This document shows, in pieces, positions 9,821-20,527 of a stretch of DNA of 64,000 nt. Each line of letters opens with the position of its first letter. The stretch's first letter is position 1. Where the stretch lies: contig CAZSVM010000014.1 in NCBI GenBank assembly GCA_964610315.1, positions 5,106-69,105 on the forward strand. The letters run 5' to 3'. The position numbers and the translations under genes are program-made. A model generated the notes under the pieces. The model made no database searches. It saw only the letters and a program-made list of their open reading frames with translations, and had not been told where the DNA came from. This DNA comes from an uncultured Actinomycetota bacterium. Its GTDB lineage: Bacteria > Actinomycetota > Humimicrobiia > Humimicrobiales > Humimicrobiaceae.

Positions 9821-10810
9821 TCAGTTTATATTATCTTTTACTGATCTTTCCAGATTGTTTATCACTGTTCTCAAACTGCCCTTGTCTGAATAAGCAGAAG
9901 CCATCCGGTGACCGCCGCCATTAAAATTACTGGCAATCTTAAATAAGTCGATTCTATTATCCGAGGTACGTAAACTTATCTTGAAACATCTTCTTTCGGT
10001 CTGCTTTATCAAAGCTGCAATTTTTACTTTTTCCGCACTTCTGAGGAGATTAATCAATCCATCTTGAGCAGAAAAAGGTAAATTTAATTTTTTAAAATCT
10101 CTCTGCAGGACATATGAATACACCAATCCGTAAGAATCTACATATTTTACTCTTTGAAGAACCAGCTGAATCAATTTAAACCTTGCCAGAGGTTCACTTT
10201 CATATATATATTTATGGATTTCCGAAGGATTAAGATCAAACTTTAGCAGCTCACCTACCACTTCATGAACCATATAATTAGTATTGCCATACTGAAAATT
10301 ACCGGTATCGGTTAATATCCCTACATAAATACCCATTGCCATTTCCCTGTCCAGAAGTCCGCCGTAATACTTATATATTAATTCATACAATATTTCCGCA
10401 GTTGCAGATTTTTGTGTATCCACCAAATTTATATGGCCAAAATTATCGTTATTATTATGGTGATCAATATTTATTATGCACTTTACCCTTTCTTTTAATG
10501 CCTTAAAATCCAGGTTCATTCTGTATTCATCTGCACAATCCAGACAAAAACAAACATACTGTTTCCCCAGATTTTCTATTTCATCCGGATTTTTTTTAAT
10601 TTCATCAAAATGAGGTAAAAATTTATACTGATAAGGAAGTTCACTATTGCATACGGCCGCTATATTCTTTTTTAGCAGGACCATCAATCGATATAAGGCT
10701 ACCTGTGATCCTAGTGAGTCGCCATCCGGATAAGCATGGGTTATGATTAGAAAATTATTATTATCATCTATGATTTTTGATATCTGATTATATAAATTGT
10801 TTGTATCCAA
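9821..10810 (-). CDS. nrnA: DHH/DHHA1 phosphoesterase (NrnA-type nanoRNase / pAp phosphatase)
   Basis: DGDSLGS, NIDHHNNN and GGGHRMASA motifs. Confidence 0.8.
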   Translation of the reverse strand: MDTNNLYNQISKIIDDNNNFLIITHAYPDGDSLGSQVALYRLMVLLKKNIAAVCNSELPYQYKFLPHFDEIKKNPDEIENLGKQYVCFCLDCADEYRMNLDFKALKERVKCIINIDHHNNNDNFGHINLVDTQKSATAEILYELIYKYYGGLLDREMAMGIYVGILTDTGNFQYGNTNYMVHEVVGELLKFDLNPSEIHKYIYESEPLARFKLIQLVLQRVKYVDSYGLVYSYVLQRDFKKLNLPFSAQDGLINLLRSAEKVKIAALIKQTERRCFKISLRTSDNRIDLFKIASNFNGGGHRMASAYSDKGSLRTVINNLERSVKDNIN

Positions 10811-10824
10811 TTAAATTACCTTTA

Positions 10825-11169
10825 CTACCGCTTATCTTCATCCAGGGTTTCCAGTATTTTTGATATTCTAATACCATTATTAATAGACTTATCATAAAAA
10901 AATCTTATATTAGGTATATTCTTTAATTTCAACCTCTGCTGTAAATTTTTCTTTATAAAGCCGCGGCAGTTTTTTAAACCCTCGAGGCTGCTTTCTATAT
11001 CATCTTTTTCGCCCATAACGCTGACAAAAACATTCAGCCATTTAAAATCGACAGACAATTTTGTGCCGGTTACAGTTACAAATCCTATTCTGGGGTCATT
11101 TATTTTTGCGTTAATAATAAAACTTATTTCTCTTTTTAAATCTATTTCTGCTTTTCTGGTTCTATCCAT
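10825..11169 (-). CDS. rbfA: Ribosome-binding factor A
   Basis: 114 aa, positioned between infB and nrnA/truB, with RbfA-like KH fold sequence (DPRIGFVTVTGTKLS). Confidence 0.9.
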   Translation of the reverse strand: MDRTRKAEIDLKREISFIINAKINDPRIGFVTVTGTKLSVDFKWLNVFVSVMGEKDDIESSLEGLKNCRGFIKKNLQQRLKLKNIPNIRFFYDKSINNGIRISKILETLDEDKR

Positions 11170-11189
11170 CTCAGCACCACCAATCAGGA

Positions 11190-13610
11190 TTATTTCTCTT
11201 CAAAGAATTCCAGCAGGTCGCCAGCGTTAAAATCCTGAAAATTTTCCAGCCTTATACCGCATTCATATCCTGAAGTAACTTTTTTAACATCTTCTTTAAA
11301 ACGATGCAGGGAGGCAACTTTTCCTTCATGAATTACTTTTTTATCTCTTATTACATTTACCAAATTACCCCTATCAACTTCACCTTCAAGAATATAGGAA
11401 CCGGCAATTTCTCCTACCTTAGGCAATTTGAATATTTCCCTTACCTCGGCTTTACCTTTACTGATCTTCTTTACTTCAGGCTTTAACAACCCCCTGAAGG
11501 CAAGTGTAATATCATCAATTAATTTATAGATAATATCATAAGTCCTTACTTCTATATCTTCTTTTTTGTATAATACATCCGCACTTTTAGTAAGAGTAAC
11601 TCCAAAGCCAATTACAATTGCATTGGAGGCTACGGCAAGCATAATATCACTATCGGTTATGGCTCCTATTGCTTTATGTATTATATCAATTTTTACTTTT
11701 TCCCCTTTTATATTATTTAAAGATTTTTCTACAGCATCCAGTGAACCTTCAGAATCAGCCTTAAGAACTATCTTTAATTTTTTTATCTCATTTTCTTTTG
11801 ATAATTCTGATAATTTTTCTAAAGTCAAACTTCTCCTGGAATCGGCAATTTTTATCATTTTTCTATCGTAATCCTTTCTCTGTAAAAGTTCCTTGGCTGC
11901 CTTTTCATCTTTGACCACAAATAAGCGGTCGCCTGCTTTTGGTACCAGAGGAAATCCGGTAATTTCAACCGGCTGTGATAAAACCGCTACTTCGAGGTTA
12001 TTTCCACTTTCATCTCTTATCGATCTTATCCTACCCAATGAATCACCGGCAATAAAAGAATCGCCCACCTTTAATTTTCCTCTTTTTACTATTACCGTAC
12101 CTACCGGACCCAATCCTTTATTCAATCTTGATTCGATTATAATTCCAGTGCCTTCGGAATTCGGATTACCTTTTATTTCATTTAAATCTGCAACCAGAAG
12201 AACCATTTCCAGAAACTCATCCAGATTGATCTTTTTCTTGGCAGAAATTTCTATACAGATAGTATCTCCACCCCATTCTTCGGGAACCAGATTGTATTCG
12301 GTAAGGCCCTTTTTTATTTTATCCGGATCTGCGTTTGGAAGATCTATTTTATTTATGGCAATAATAATAGGAACACCGGCATCCCTGGCGTGGTCTATAG
12401 CCTCCACCGTTTGAGGCATAATCCCGTCATCTGCAGCTATAACGATCACTGCAATATCGGTTACTTTTGCTCCCCTTGCCCTTATAGAGGTAAATGCTTC
12501 ATGTCCCGGTGTATCTATAAAGGTGATCTTTCTATCTTTATAGACGATCTGGTAAGCACCTATACGCTGGGTTATTCCGCCCTGTTCGTTTATTGCAACA
12601 CTGGTTTCTCTGATAACGTCGAGCAATGTCGTTTTCCCATGATCTACGTGACCCATAATCGTAACAATGGGGGGCCTTGGTTTTAAGTCCTTTTCAGAAT
12701 CTTTATAAACCTCATCCAGCTTCTCTTCAAAACCTATAATGTTGTATTTAAAGTTATACTCATGTGATAAAAATTCTATTAAATCCTTACTTAGAGATTG
12801 ATTTACATTAATAACCTCACCCATATCAAATAATAATTTTACAATCTCATTGGAAGGAACATTTATTTTTTCTGACAATTTTTTTATAGTTGTACCTTCC
12901 GAAATTTCTATTACTTTTTTTATCTCCGGTCTTTTCTTTAATTCCTTCTCTAAACCCCCCTCTTTTTCCTTTAATGCTTCCTTGCCTTTTAATTTCTTTG
13001 CCGGTGTAATTTTCTTCTTCGGGGTCAGTTTTAACCTGAGCCTTCCTTCCTTTTCTTCCTTATCAAGCTCTCGATCAATCACGCTCCTTATGCTCTGTTT
13101 TTTTTCTTCTTCCCAATCTATTCTAGTTTTCTGTACATCTTCAACCTTTAATGATTTCTTTACTCCCGGTTCTTCTTTCGTTTTTACCTTATCCTCTTCG
13201 ACAGCTTCTTTTACAGATGCTTTTTCAGTAGTGCCTTTCGAAATCTTTATACCCTCGGATTTGGTTACAGTTTTACCTTTAGCTTTAACCAGTTTGGCTT
13301 TGCTTACAGACTTTACACCACTCTTTTCCTTTACTTCTTTTCCAGCTTTAACTCCTGCTTTAATTTCTTTCTTCTCCTTACCGGCGGCTTTTAGGCCGGT
13401 TTTTTTACTTACTTTCCGGCTTGTCTTTTTCTCGCTCACAGCTTTAACTTCATTTTTCTTTTTAACCAAAGGCCTGCTAACAGGCTGTAACTTACCTTCA
13501 GATACTACTCTGGCTTTATTCTTCGATTTATTTTCCTTTATTTTTTTTGAACCAGCCTCTATGTTTTTTTTACTTATTTTACTTTTACTATTTTCTTTTT
13601 TTGCTTCCAT
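11190..13610 (-). CDS. infB: Translation initiation factor IF-2
   Basis: [13 protein letters not shown]-domain and DTPGHEAF. A long Lys-rich low-complexity N-terminus. Confidence 0.95.
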   Translation of the reverse strand: MEAKKENSKSKISKKNIEAGSKKIKENKSKNKARVVSEGKLQPVSRPLVKKKNEVKAVSEKKTSRKVSKKTGLKAAGKEKKEIKAGVKAGKEVKEKSGVKSVSKAKLVKAKGKTVTKSEGIKISKGTTEKASVKEAVEEDKVKTKEEPGVKKSLKVEDVQKTRIDWEEEKKQSIRSVIDRELDKEEKEGRLRLKLTPKKKITPAKKLKGKEALKEKEGGLEKELKKRPEIKKVIEISEGTTIKKLSEKINVPSNEIVKLLFDMGEVINVNQSLSKDLIEFLSHEYNFKYNIIGFEEKLDEVYKDSEKDLKPRPPIVTIMGHVDHGKTTLLDVIRETSVAINEQGGITQRIGAYQIVYKDRKITFIDTPGHEAFTSIRARGAKVTDIAVIVIAADDGIMPQTVEAIDHARDAGVPIIIAINKIDLPNADPDKIKKGLTEYNLVPEEWGGDTICIEISAKKKINLDEFLEMVLLVADLNEIKGNPNSEGTGIIIESRLNKGLGPVGTVIVKRGKLKVGDSFIAGDSLGRIRSIRDESGNNLEVAVLSQPVEITGFPLVPKAGDRLFVVKDEKAAKELLQRKDYDRKMIKIADSRRSLTLEKLSELSKENEIKKLKIVLKADSEGSLDAVEKSLNNIKGEKVKIDIIHKAIGAITDSDIMLAVASNAIVIGFGVTLTKSADVLYKKEDIEVRTYDIIYKLIDDITLAFRGLLKPEVKKISKGKAEVREIFKLPKVGEIAGSYILEGEVDRGNLVNVIRDKKVIHEGKVASLHRFKEDVKKVTSGYECGIRLENFQDFNAGDLLEFFEEK

Positions 13611-13618
13611 AATCCTCT

Positions 13619-14677
13619 TTAAACTACATCTTCTCCTTTGCTTTTCAGCCTTTCTTTTCTGGCTTCATCAAGTTCTTCCTCAAATTGTTTTTCGCTCTTT
13701 ATATCAATTTTCCATCCGGTCAGTTTAGCTGCCAATCTAGCGTTCTGCCCTTCTCTTCCTATTGCCAGTGAAAGCTGATCATTGGAAACCACAATCAACG
13801 CAAATTTATTTTCCTCATCGGTAAGCACCTTTAAAACCCTTGCCGGGCTCAGGGCATTCTTAATGAAAGTCACGATATCCTCACTGTATTCTATTATGTC
13901 TATTTTTTCTCCTCCCAGCTCATCGACAACCATTTTAACCCGTGAACCTTTGGGGCCTACACATGCTCCCACAGGATCTACATTTTTTTCATTTGAACTT
14001 ACTGCAATTTTGGTTCTGTAGCCCGCCTCTCTGGCAATACTTTTTATCTCTACAATTCCTTCATAAATTTCAGGTACTTCCAGTTCAAACAGCTTTCTGA
14101 TTAAACCGGTATGTGTTCTGGATACTATTACCTGGGGTCCCTTTGTTGTTTTTCTAACATCGGAAATAAAACATTTTATTCTTTCGCCATGTCTGTACTT
14201 TTCTCTGGGAACCTGTTCATAAGGCGGAAGCAATGCTTCTACTTTACCCAGATCCACCAGGGTAAACCTGGCATCACTTTGCTGGATAATTCCGGTCACC
14301 ATATCTCCCACTCTGTCTTTGAACTCCTCATACATAATTTCGCGCTCTGCTTCTTTAATCCTCTGTTTTATTACCTGTTTAGCCGTTTGGGCTGCAATTC
14401 TTCCAAAATTATCGGGGGTAACTTCCACCTCATTATTCTTATCGGCACTTTCCTCTGATTCAATTTCTTCTCCATTTTTTTGCAAAATCTTAAAAACCTT
14501 TATCTCGCCGGTTTTCATATCAATATCCACCCGGCAATCATAATCTACCTTATAATTTTTTTTATAGGCTGAAACGAAAGCAATTTTAAGAGCTTCTACC
14601 AGTGTATCTAACTTTATGCCTTTCTCTTTTTCCAATTCAACTAATGCCGTTATTAATTTTTTATTCAATCTCATCAC
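13619..14677 (-). CDS. nusA: Transcription termination/antitermination factor NusA
   Basis: S1 plus two KH domains (GACVGPKGSRV, AIGREGQNARLA). Lies directly upstream of infB. Confidence 0.95.
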   Translation of the reverse strand: MMRLNKKLITALVELEKEKGIKLDTLVEALKIAFVSAYKKNYKVDYDCRVDIDMKTGEIKVFKILQKNGEEIESEESADKNNEVEVTPDNFGRIAAQTAKQVIKQRIKEAEREIMYEEFKDRVGDMVTGIIQQSDARFTLVDLGKVEALLPPYEQVPREKYRHGERIKCFISDVRKTTKGPQVIVSRTHTGLIRKLFELEVPEIYEGIVEIKSIAREAGYRTKIAVSSNEKNVDPVGACVGPKGSRVKMVVDELGGEKIDIIEYSEDIVTFIKNALSPARVLKVLTDEENKFALIVVSNDQLSLAIGREGQNARLAAKLTGWKIDIKSEKQFEEELDEARKERLKSKGEDVV

Positions 14678-14700
14678 CTGTTTATAACAGAATTTAAACT

Positions 14701-14731
14701 AAAAAATAGTGGGCCTAACCCACTATTTTTT
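14701..14731 (-). terminator. Bidirectional intrinsic terminator between recD2 and nusA
   Basis: aaaaaATAGTGGGcctaaCCCACTATttttt: an 8-bp stem flanked by an A-run and a T-run, about 180 nt downstream of the recD2 stop. Confidence 0.7.
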
Positions 14732-14910
14732 ATAACTATTCCCATTAAAATTTCTATAAAAGTATACCACAATTTAAAAAAAATACAATCAGCGCTGTTA
14801 GCTGTTTAAGTTTATTTATGCGAAATTTTTGATAAAAAAATTCATACAAATAACCTTCTTTCAGAAAAATAATATAGTATTAAATAGGTGTAATTTAAAA
14901 GGCGGGTACT

Positions 14911-17076
14911 TTAGGAGAGACTTCTTAGCCGGTCTTTTAAATTTGTATATCGTCTTTCAACATTATTTCTATTTACGGCCATACCTATTGCTTTCTTGCT
15001 TCCCACAATTATCACCAGCTCCCTGGCTCTGGTAATTGCAGTATAAAGCAGATTTCTCTGCAGCAGCATATAATGAGAAGTGAGGAGAGGTATTATAACA
15101 CATTTAAATTCAGACCCCTGAGATTTATGAATAGATATGGCATAGGATAGGCTTATTTCATCAAGCTCAAAAAAACCGTAACTAACATTTCTGCCGTCAA
15201 AATTCACCGTTATTTCTTCCGTTTCCATATCTATTCCATTTATAATTCCTATATCCCCGTTATAAATATCCTTTTCGTAATTATTCTTTAACTGTATAAC
15301 CTTATCATTTAACCGGTACTGCATGGGCTCTTTCGGAATTCTTTGACCGTTATAATTTAAAATATTCTGAATTCTGGCATTTAAATTATTTACTCCCACC
15401 ACTCCCTTATTGGTGGGAACCAGAACCTGAATATCGAAAAGAGGATGGTAATTAAAACTTCCCGGTATTCTTTTGGTTAGCAAATCCAATATAAGATTTA
15501 CTACTTCTTCCGGCTCATTTTTTTCAATAAAGAAGAAATCATTATTTTTTGGTTTACCGATAAAGGGAAACTGTCCATCCCTTACTTTATGAGCATTATA
15601 TATGATCAGACTTTCACTTTCCTGCCTGTATATCCTCTTTAGTTCAATTACGGGAACTGTCCCCGAACCGATTATATCACTCAAAACATTCCCCGGCCCT
15701 ACCGAGGGTAACTGATCTATGTCACCTACGAAAATAATTTTGGTTTCCGGCCTTACGGCCAGAAGCAAATTTTTCATCAACCTTATATCAATCATTGAAG
15801 CTTCATCTATTATTATGACATCTGCTTCAACAGGCTCTTTCTCATTCTTAATAAATTTATTTAATTTTGGATTATAATTCAGGAGTCTGTGGATAGTCTT
15901 AGCTTCCCTGCCGGTGGTTTCACTTAATCTTTTTGAGGCTCTTCCCGTGGGAGCACCTAAAAGAAAACTTTTATTCCTTTTTTCGAAAATTTTTATGACA
16001 AAATTAAGTATGGTGCTTTTTCCTGTTCCCGGACTTCCAGTTATAACCAGCATTTTTTCGGTTACTGCCTTCTCAATTGCTTTCATCTGGATCTGGTCCA
16101 GGGTTATTTTATCTTCTGCCGATAGCTCCCTTATTAAATCAGGCAGGTTATCTTTTTTACTCTCTCCTGTTTTTTCTTCATTATATAAAATCTCCATAAT
16201 TTTTTTACCTACATATTCCTCAGCATTATAAATACTGGTAAGATATACTTTATCTTCATCATCTTTCATTACTATTATCTTATTTTCTTTTTCCAGCTCG
16301 ACTAAAGCACTATTTATATTTGCCATTTCCGTACCCAGGAAACTTTCTGCTGCTTCAATAAGCTCCTGATGGGGGTAGTAACAGTGTCCCGCATTTTCGG
16401 CTTCCTCTAATATATAAGTGATCCCTGCCTTGATTCTGAAAAGCGAATCTTTTCCGATACCGGTTCTTAATGCTATTTTATCGGAAGTTTTAAAACCTAT
16501 TCCGAATATATCCTCTGAAAGTCTATAGGGATTTACCTTGATAACATTTATGGAATTATCTCCGTAATTATTATAAATTTTCATTGCATAGGTGCTGCTT
16601 ATTCCCAGCGACTGCAGAAAAATCATAACCTCCCTGATATCTTTATGTTTTTTCCATGACTCCAGAATTAAATTTATTCTTTTTCTGCCGATGCCGCCTA
16701 TTTCCTTTAGTCTTTTTGGCTCTTCATCCAGTATTTTTAAAGTTTCAAGCTTAAAGTGGGATACTATCCTTTCTGCCATTACCGGCCCGATACCTTTTAT
16801 CAAACCCGACCCCAAATAATTTCTGATCCCGGTAATAGTAGCAGGTTCAACAGTTCTGATGCTTTCAATTTCGAATTGCTGTCCATAATTTTTATTCAAA
16901 ACCCATTTCCCCGTTATTTCCAGACTTTCACCGCACTGAAGTTCGAAAGCATTACCGACAATAGTAACCAGACTACTGTCTTCCAATCTTACTTTTGCAA
17001 CTATAAATCCGGTTTCGGAATTCTTAAAAACAATCTTTTCTAAAATTCCTTTTATTTTGCTATTCTGAATTTCCAT
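14911..17076 (-). CDS. recD2: SF1 ATP-dependent RecD2-like DNA helicase
   Basis: GSPGTGKST Walker A, HhH region, C-terminal SIHKSQGSEF. Start set to MEIQNSKIKG (ATG 17076), which matches RecD2 N-termini and avoids a 29-nt overlap with proS. Confidence 0.85.
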   Translation of the reverse strand: MEIQNSKIKGILEKIVFKNSETGFIVAKVRLEDSSLVTIVGNAFELQCGESLEITGKWVLNKNYGQQFEIESIRTVEPATITGIRNYLGSGLIKGIGPVMAERIVSHFKLETLKILDEEPKRLKEIGGIGRKRINLILESWKKHKDIREVMIFLQSLGISSTYAMKIYNNYGDNSINVIKVNPYRLSEDIFGIGFKTSDKIALRTGIGKDSLFRIKAGITYILEEAENAGHCYYPHQELIEAAESFLGTEMANINSALVELEKENKIIVMKDDEDKVYLTSIYNAEEYVGKKIMEILYNEEKTGESKKDNLPDLIRELSAEDKITLDQIQMKAIEKAVTEKMLVITGSPGTGKSTILNFVIKIFEKRNKSFLLGAPTGRASKRLSETTGREAKTIHRLLNYNPKLNKFIKNEKEPVEADVIIIDEASMIDIRLMKNLLLAVRPETKIIFVGDIDQLPSVGPGNVLSDIIGSGTVPVIELKRIYRQESESLIIYNAHKVRDGQFPFIGKPKNNDFFFIEKNEPEEVVNLILDLLTKRIPGSFNYHPLFDIQVLVPTNKGVVGVNNLNARIQNILNYNGQRIPKEPMQYRLNDKVIQLKNNYEKDIYNGDIGIINGIDMETEEITVNFDGRNVSYGFFELDEISLSYAISIHKSQGSEFKCVIIPLLTSHYMLLQRNLLYTAITRARELVIIVGSKKAIGMAVNRNNVERRYTNLKDRLRSLS

Positions 17077-17086
17077 TTTGAGGCAT

Positions 17087-18364
17087 CTAGAGGTTATTGG
17101 CAGATTTAAACTCATTTATGAATCCCGGGATTGAACGGACATTAAGTTCTATTTTTTTTCCGTTTTTTCTGTACTCCACATCTATCAGCTTTTTATCCAG
17201 AAATTTTTTTCCTACAATAAATTTAACCGGTATTCCTATCAAATCGGAATCCTTGAACTTTATTCCGGCATTTATATCCCTGTCGTCATAAAGAACTTCC
17301 ACATCTAATTCTTTCAAAGTTTTATATATTTCATCGCCCGCTTTTGACATTTGCTCATTTTTGGCAGTGGTAACAATAAGATTGACTGTAAAGGGAGCTA
17401 TGGATGCGGGCCATATAATTCCTCTGCTGTCATGCAGCTGCTCTATAGCTGCTGCCATCATCCTGGTGATTCCAATTCCGTAACAACCCATAATCAAAGG
17501 TTTTAACTTCCCATCAGTATCCAGGAATCTGGCATCCAACTTTTCACTGTATTTACAACCCAATTTAAATATATGGCCTATTTCGATTCCCTTTTCATTC
17601 TCTAGCTTTTTTCCGCAATTGATACAGTTATTACCACTGGTTTTGAATGCAGATTCCGATACTTCGAAATTTGCCGAATACCCGCATTCAGGACAAAAAA
17701 CCAGTTTATCCTCACCATTTTCAGCAAGTATTATAAATTCGTGAGAGGAGCTTCCCCCAATCAAACCTGTTTCAGCCTCCACTATCCTGTACCGGAGGCC
17801 AATTCTTTCTAATATCCTGCAATAAGCGCTGTGCATCTTTCTATAAATAATTTCCAGATCATCATCGTTCCTGCAAAAACTATAAGCATCCTTCATAATA
17901 AATTCCCTGGCCCTTAGTAGTCCATATCTCGGCCTTACTTCATCTCTAAACTTAACCTGGATTTGATAAAGATTAAGAGGTAAATCCTTATATGATTTTA
18001 TATCCGAATAAGCCAAATAGGTTATTAACTCTTCGTGAGTAGGTCCCAGACAGAAATCCCTTTTGTTTCTATCCTTCAACCTGAATAGTTCAGGGCCATA
18101 TTCATTCCATCTTCCTGATTTTTTCCATAAATCGGAGGGCTGCATAACCGGTAAAAATAACTCAACGGCGCCGGCATTATTCATTTCTTCCCTGACTATC
18201 TCTTCAATTTTCCTTAACGATTTAAGCCCCAGCGGTAAAAAAGAGTAAATACCGGATGCTACTTTCCGTATAAGCCCGGCTCTCAGGGATAAGGAATGAC
18301 TGGGTATCTCAGCTTCGCTGGGTTCCTCCTTTAATGTGGGGATAAAAAATTCGGAAAACTTCAA
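17087..18364 (-). CDS. proS: Proline--tRNA ligase, bacterial type but lacking the INS editing domain
   Basis: Class II motifs are present (MKDAYSF, GIEIGHIF, GCYGIGITR). It is only 425 aa. A CPEC..x20..CINC knuckle replaces the ~180-aa insertion domain. Confidence 0.9.
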   Translation of the reverse strand: MKFSEFFIPTLKEEPSEAEIPSHSLSLRAGLIRKVASGIYSFLPLGLKSLRKIEEIVREEMNNAGAVELFLPVMQPSDLWKKSGRWNEYGPELFRLKDRNKRDFCLGPTHEELITYLAYSDIKSYKDLPLNLYQIQVKFRDEVRPRYGLLRAREFIMKDAYSFCRNDDDLEIIYRKMHSAYCRILERIGLRYRIVEAETGLIGGSSSHEFIILAENGEDKLVFCPECGYSANFEVSESAFKTSGNNCINCGKKLENEKGIEIGHIFKLGCKYSEKLDARFLDTDGKLKPLIMGCYGIGITRMMAAAIEQLHDSRGIIWPASIAPFTVNLIVTTAKNEQMSKAGDEIYKTLKELDVEVLYDDRDINAGIKFKDSDLIGIPVKFIVGKKFLDKKLIDVEYRKNGKKIELNVRSIPGFINEFKSANNL

Positions 18365-18379
18365 TCTAAACTCCCTCTT

Positions 18380-19444
18380 TTAAATTAATTTTTTAAGTTC
18401 CTTCTTGAAATCTTCTAGTGCAACTTTCTTATCTATTCTGCTTATTACTTTGCCCTTTAAAAAAACAGCTGCTTTCTTCTTACCAAAAGCTATTCCCAGA
18501 TCCGCATCTTTTGCTTCTCCCGGTCCGTTGACAATACAGCCCATCACAGCCAGCCTTAAATTCTTTTTTATACCGGCAGTCAATTTTTCTATTTCATTTA
18601 CAACCTGCAGAAAATCTTCCGGTGTTCTACCGCAAGTAGGGCAGGATATAATATCCACTCCCCCTTTTCTTAAATTCAAGCTTTTAAGAATTATATGTGC
18701 GGCTTTTACTTCATCCAGGGATTTTCCGGTCAGCGAAACTCTTATAGTATCTCCTATTCCCCTGGATAATAAAATACCCATACCCACCGAAGACTTTATA
18801 CTGCCGCTGAATACAGGACCGGCTTCGGTTACACCCAGATGCAGGGGGTAATTAACTTTATCCGATATGGCTTCATATACATTTATAGTATCCAGAACTG
18901 ACGATGCTTTTGCCGATATTTTAAAATTATAGAATTTCAGGTTTTCTAAAAGTCTAACATATTCCAGTGCACTTTCAACCATTGAGTCTACTATATTTCC
19001 TTTATTTTTTTTCAATACCCTTCTATCTATGGAACCAGAATTTATGCCCACCCTTACTGCAACTTTTTTTCTTCCAGCCTTATTTATAATTTTCGCAACC
19101 CGGTCGCTGCTTCCTATATTACCCGGATTTATTCTTATGCCATCCACCCCTATATCCATACAATCCAGTGCCAGCTGGTAATCAAACTGAATATCGGCTA
19201 CCAGTGGAATAGTAAAAATTCTTCGGTCAATTAACTTTTTAAGAAAATATACGGATTCTTTATCCGGTATTGCTATTCTTATGAGTTCGCAGCCGCCGTT
19301 GATTAACTCTTTTATTTCATTTTTAATCCTGTCCGGATTCTCCAGTCTGGATTTAGTCATGGACTGAACGATAATAGAACTGTTTCCTCCTATTTTTATT
19401 TTTCCTACCTGTATCACTCTGGTTTTTCTTCTTTTTATTTCCAT
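18380..19444 (-). CDS. ispG: 4-hydroxy-3-methylbut-2-enyl diphosphate synthase
   Basis: TIM-barrel N-domain and the 4Fe-4S motif SCPTCGR..GCIVNGPGE. Confidence 0.9.
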   Translation of the reverse strand: MEIKRRKTRVIQVGKIKIGGNSSIIVQSMTKSRLENPDRIKNEIKELINGGCELIRIAIPDKESVYFLKKLIDRRIFTIPLVADIQFDYQLALDCMDIGVDGIRINPGNIGSSDRVAKIINKAGRKKVAVRVGINSGSIDRRVLKKNKGNIVDSMVESALEYVRLLENLKFYNFKISAKASSVLDTINVYEAISDKVNYPLHLGVTEAGPVFSGSIKSSVGMGILLSRGIGDTIRVSLTGKSLDEVKAAHIILKSLNLRKGGVDIISCPTCGRTPEDFLQVVNEIEKLTAGIKKNLRLAVMGCIVNGPGEAKDADLGIAFGKKKAAVFLKGKVISRIDKKVALEDFKKELKKLI

Positions 19445-19456
19445 TTTAAAATATGG

Positions 19457-20521
19457 TTACAAATTACTGATATCAAAGGGTTTTATTATATCCAGGACAA
19501 AAGCCAAAACTAATATGGAAATTATAATAAAGATTCCTATGGAACTAGCAATTTCAAGAACTCTTTTGGGAACCGGTTTTCTTCTTATGGATTCGATTAT
19601 AATAAATAGAATGTTCCCTCCATCCAGAGGAAGAATAGGAATTAAGTTTCCATATCCCATCAGAATGGAAACCAGGGCAACAAAAAAAATAAAATCCTGC
19701 ATTCCCATCGATGCCGACTGCTGAAATATGCTTACTATGCCAACCGGTGAAACCGGTCTGGCTTCACTTAAGGGTATTTTACCGGAAAATAACATTCCAA
19801 ATACTTTCACATAGGTAACACTTATATCCCAAGTAATCCTGAAGCTTTCCTTTATAATCCTAAAAAAACTCATCTTTTCCTTTACATACCGGGGACTTAT
19901 TCCCAGATATCCCTGTCCATCCTTATTATCCAGCCTTACATTTAATTCTATTTCCTTATCTCCCCGGATAACCATATAGGTTACTTCTTTCCCAGGATAT
20001 TCTTTGGTTATCGCAGAAAAATCATCCCAGCTGTTTATAGTCTGGTCTCCCAGAGCAACAACTTCATCACCTACTTTAAAACCGCTTATATCGGCAGGTG
20101 ATTGGGGCTGGACATAATCAATGATGTTGGTGGGAGCAAAAACTCCCATGCTTAGATAAATTCCTATCAGCAGCACTGCAAAAATTATATTAAACCCGAT
20201 CCCGCCGATGGAAACCAGCAGTTTTTTATAAAAAGGTTTATTATAAAAAGCTTTGCTCTTCATGTCGGAAGGTATATTTTCCTCCCTGTTCATTCCCAGC
20301 AGTTTGTTATATCCCCCCACCGGTATGGCACTTATACCATAAGTAGTACCTCTCCTGTCTTTTAATTTAAAAAGTTTTGGCCCAAATCCAATAAAGAATT
20401 CTTCAACATATATCCCGCTCAATTTAGCCATTGAGAAGTGCCCTAATTCATGAACTATTACTATCACGGACAGCCCTGCTATGGCCAGGATATACTGCAG
20501 AATAGTGGTTATAGTTTGCAT
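19457..20521 (-). CDS. rseP: RIP metalloprotease RseP (site-2 protease, M50)
   Basis: HELGH motif in TM1, a PDZ segment, and a C-terminal LPxLDGG-like motif (LPLDGG). Confidence 0.85.
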   Translation of the reverse strand: MQTITTILQYILAIAGLSVIVIVHELGHFSMAKLSGIYVEEFFIGFGPKLFKLKDRRGTTYGISAIPVGGYNKLLGMNREENIPSDMKSKAFYNKPFYKKLLVSIGGIGFNIIFAVLLIGIYLSMGVFAPTNIIDYVQPQSPADISGFKVGDEVVALGDQTINSWDDFSAITKEYPGKEVTYMVIRGDKEIELNVRLDNKDGQGYLGISPRYVKEKMSFFRIIKESFRITWDISVTYVKVFGMLFSGKIPLSEARPVSPVGIVSIFQQSASMGMQDFIFFVALVSILMGYGNLIPILPLDGGNILFIIIESIRRKPVPKRVLEIASSIGIFIIISILVLAFVLDIIKPFDISNL

Positions 20522-20527
20522 AAGAGA

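Noticed and set aside
11190-13610. Repetitive Lys/Val/Ser-rich N-terminal region of IF-2 as a DNA repeat of interest
   Set aside because: Low-complexity N-terminal extensions are common in IF-2. No exact tandem nucleotide repeat unit was seen.
12850-13728. 292-aa + strand ORF, plus other long + ORFs inside infB (11566-12686)
   Set aside because: It mirrors the Lys-rich, codon-biased infB N-terminus (Phe/Ser/Leu-rich nonsense). It lies fully inside a well-supported CDS.
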